The notes beneath the pieces were generated by a model that made no database searches, had not been told where the DNA came from, and saw nothing but the letters and a program-made list of their open reading frames with translations. A program made the position numbers and the translations under genes. DNA of 61,680 nucleotides, counting the filler, from Rhabdomonas costata (lineage: Eukaryota), in the NCBI GenBank assembly GCA_019059605.1. It is 16 parts of 16 records of this genome, joined end to end, with 100 filler letters (N's around TTAATTAATTAA, not from the genome) between each part and the next. Parts side by side here need not be neighbours in the genome. Positions count along the whole stretch, not along the records: positions 57,923 to 61,680 come from JAHMHO010000551.1; 15 more parts are not named here. The stretch is one strand, 5' to 3'. Positions within the stretch are counted from its first letter, which is position 1. The number at the start of each line of letters is the position of its first letter. Below are positions 61,663 through 61,680 of this stretch, piece after piece.

Positions 61663-61680
61663 GGATAAACACGCGGCGGA

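Noticed and set aside
1-61680. rRNA, tRNA, spliced-leader RNA genes and CRISPR arrays
   Set aside because: None recognised by eye. A covariance-model search would be needed to exclude short RNAs.

Overview
The window is not contiguous DNA. It holds 16 unrelated contigs of about 3.75 kb, joined by artificial 100-nt linkers (N44-TTAATTAATTAA-N44), so adjacency across linkers means nothing. The source is an intron-rich microbial eukaryote. A euglenozoan or euglenid is inferred from tandem Venus-flytrap receptor domains, poly-pyrimidine/AG sites just before start codons, and a candidate non-GT-AG intron. Contig ends carry whole-genome-amplification artefacts. Spliced host genes encode an FkbH-like HAD/GNAT protein, a multi-VFT receptor, a Ulp1-like fragment, a Utp12-domain protein, a TIGR02452/PARG-like macrodomain, an R-S-E ADP-ribosyltransferase fused to ankyrin repeats, dihydropyrimidinase, a tandem HMG-box protein and one complete hypothetical gene. 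Mobile DNA includes CRE-like RT, non-LTR RNase H, Gypsy RT/integrase, a gag-like repeat, a Merlin/ISXO2 transposase and a Merlin-type MITE. The standout is the last contig (57923-61680), with two intact, intronless, co-oriented ORFs. One is a 659-aa Rep with a DnaJ(HPD)-HUH endonuclease-SF3 helicase-Zn finger layout, resembling polyomavirus large T but with an apparently active HUH nuclease. The other is a DD34E Tc1-type transposase. The two genes share a 3' flanking motif, suggesting an undescribed replicative transposon or integrating virus-like element.
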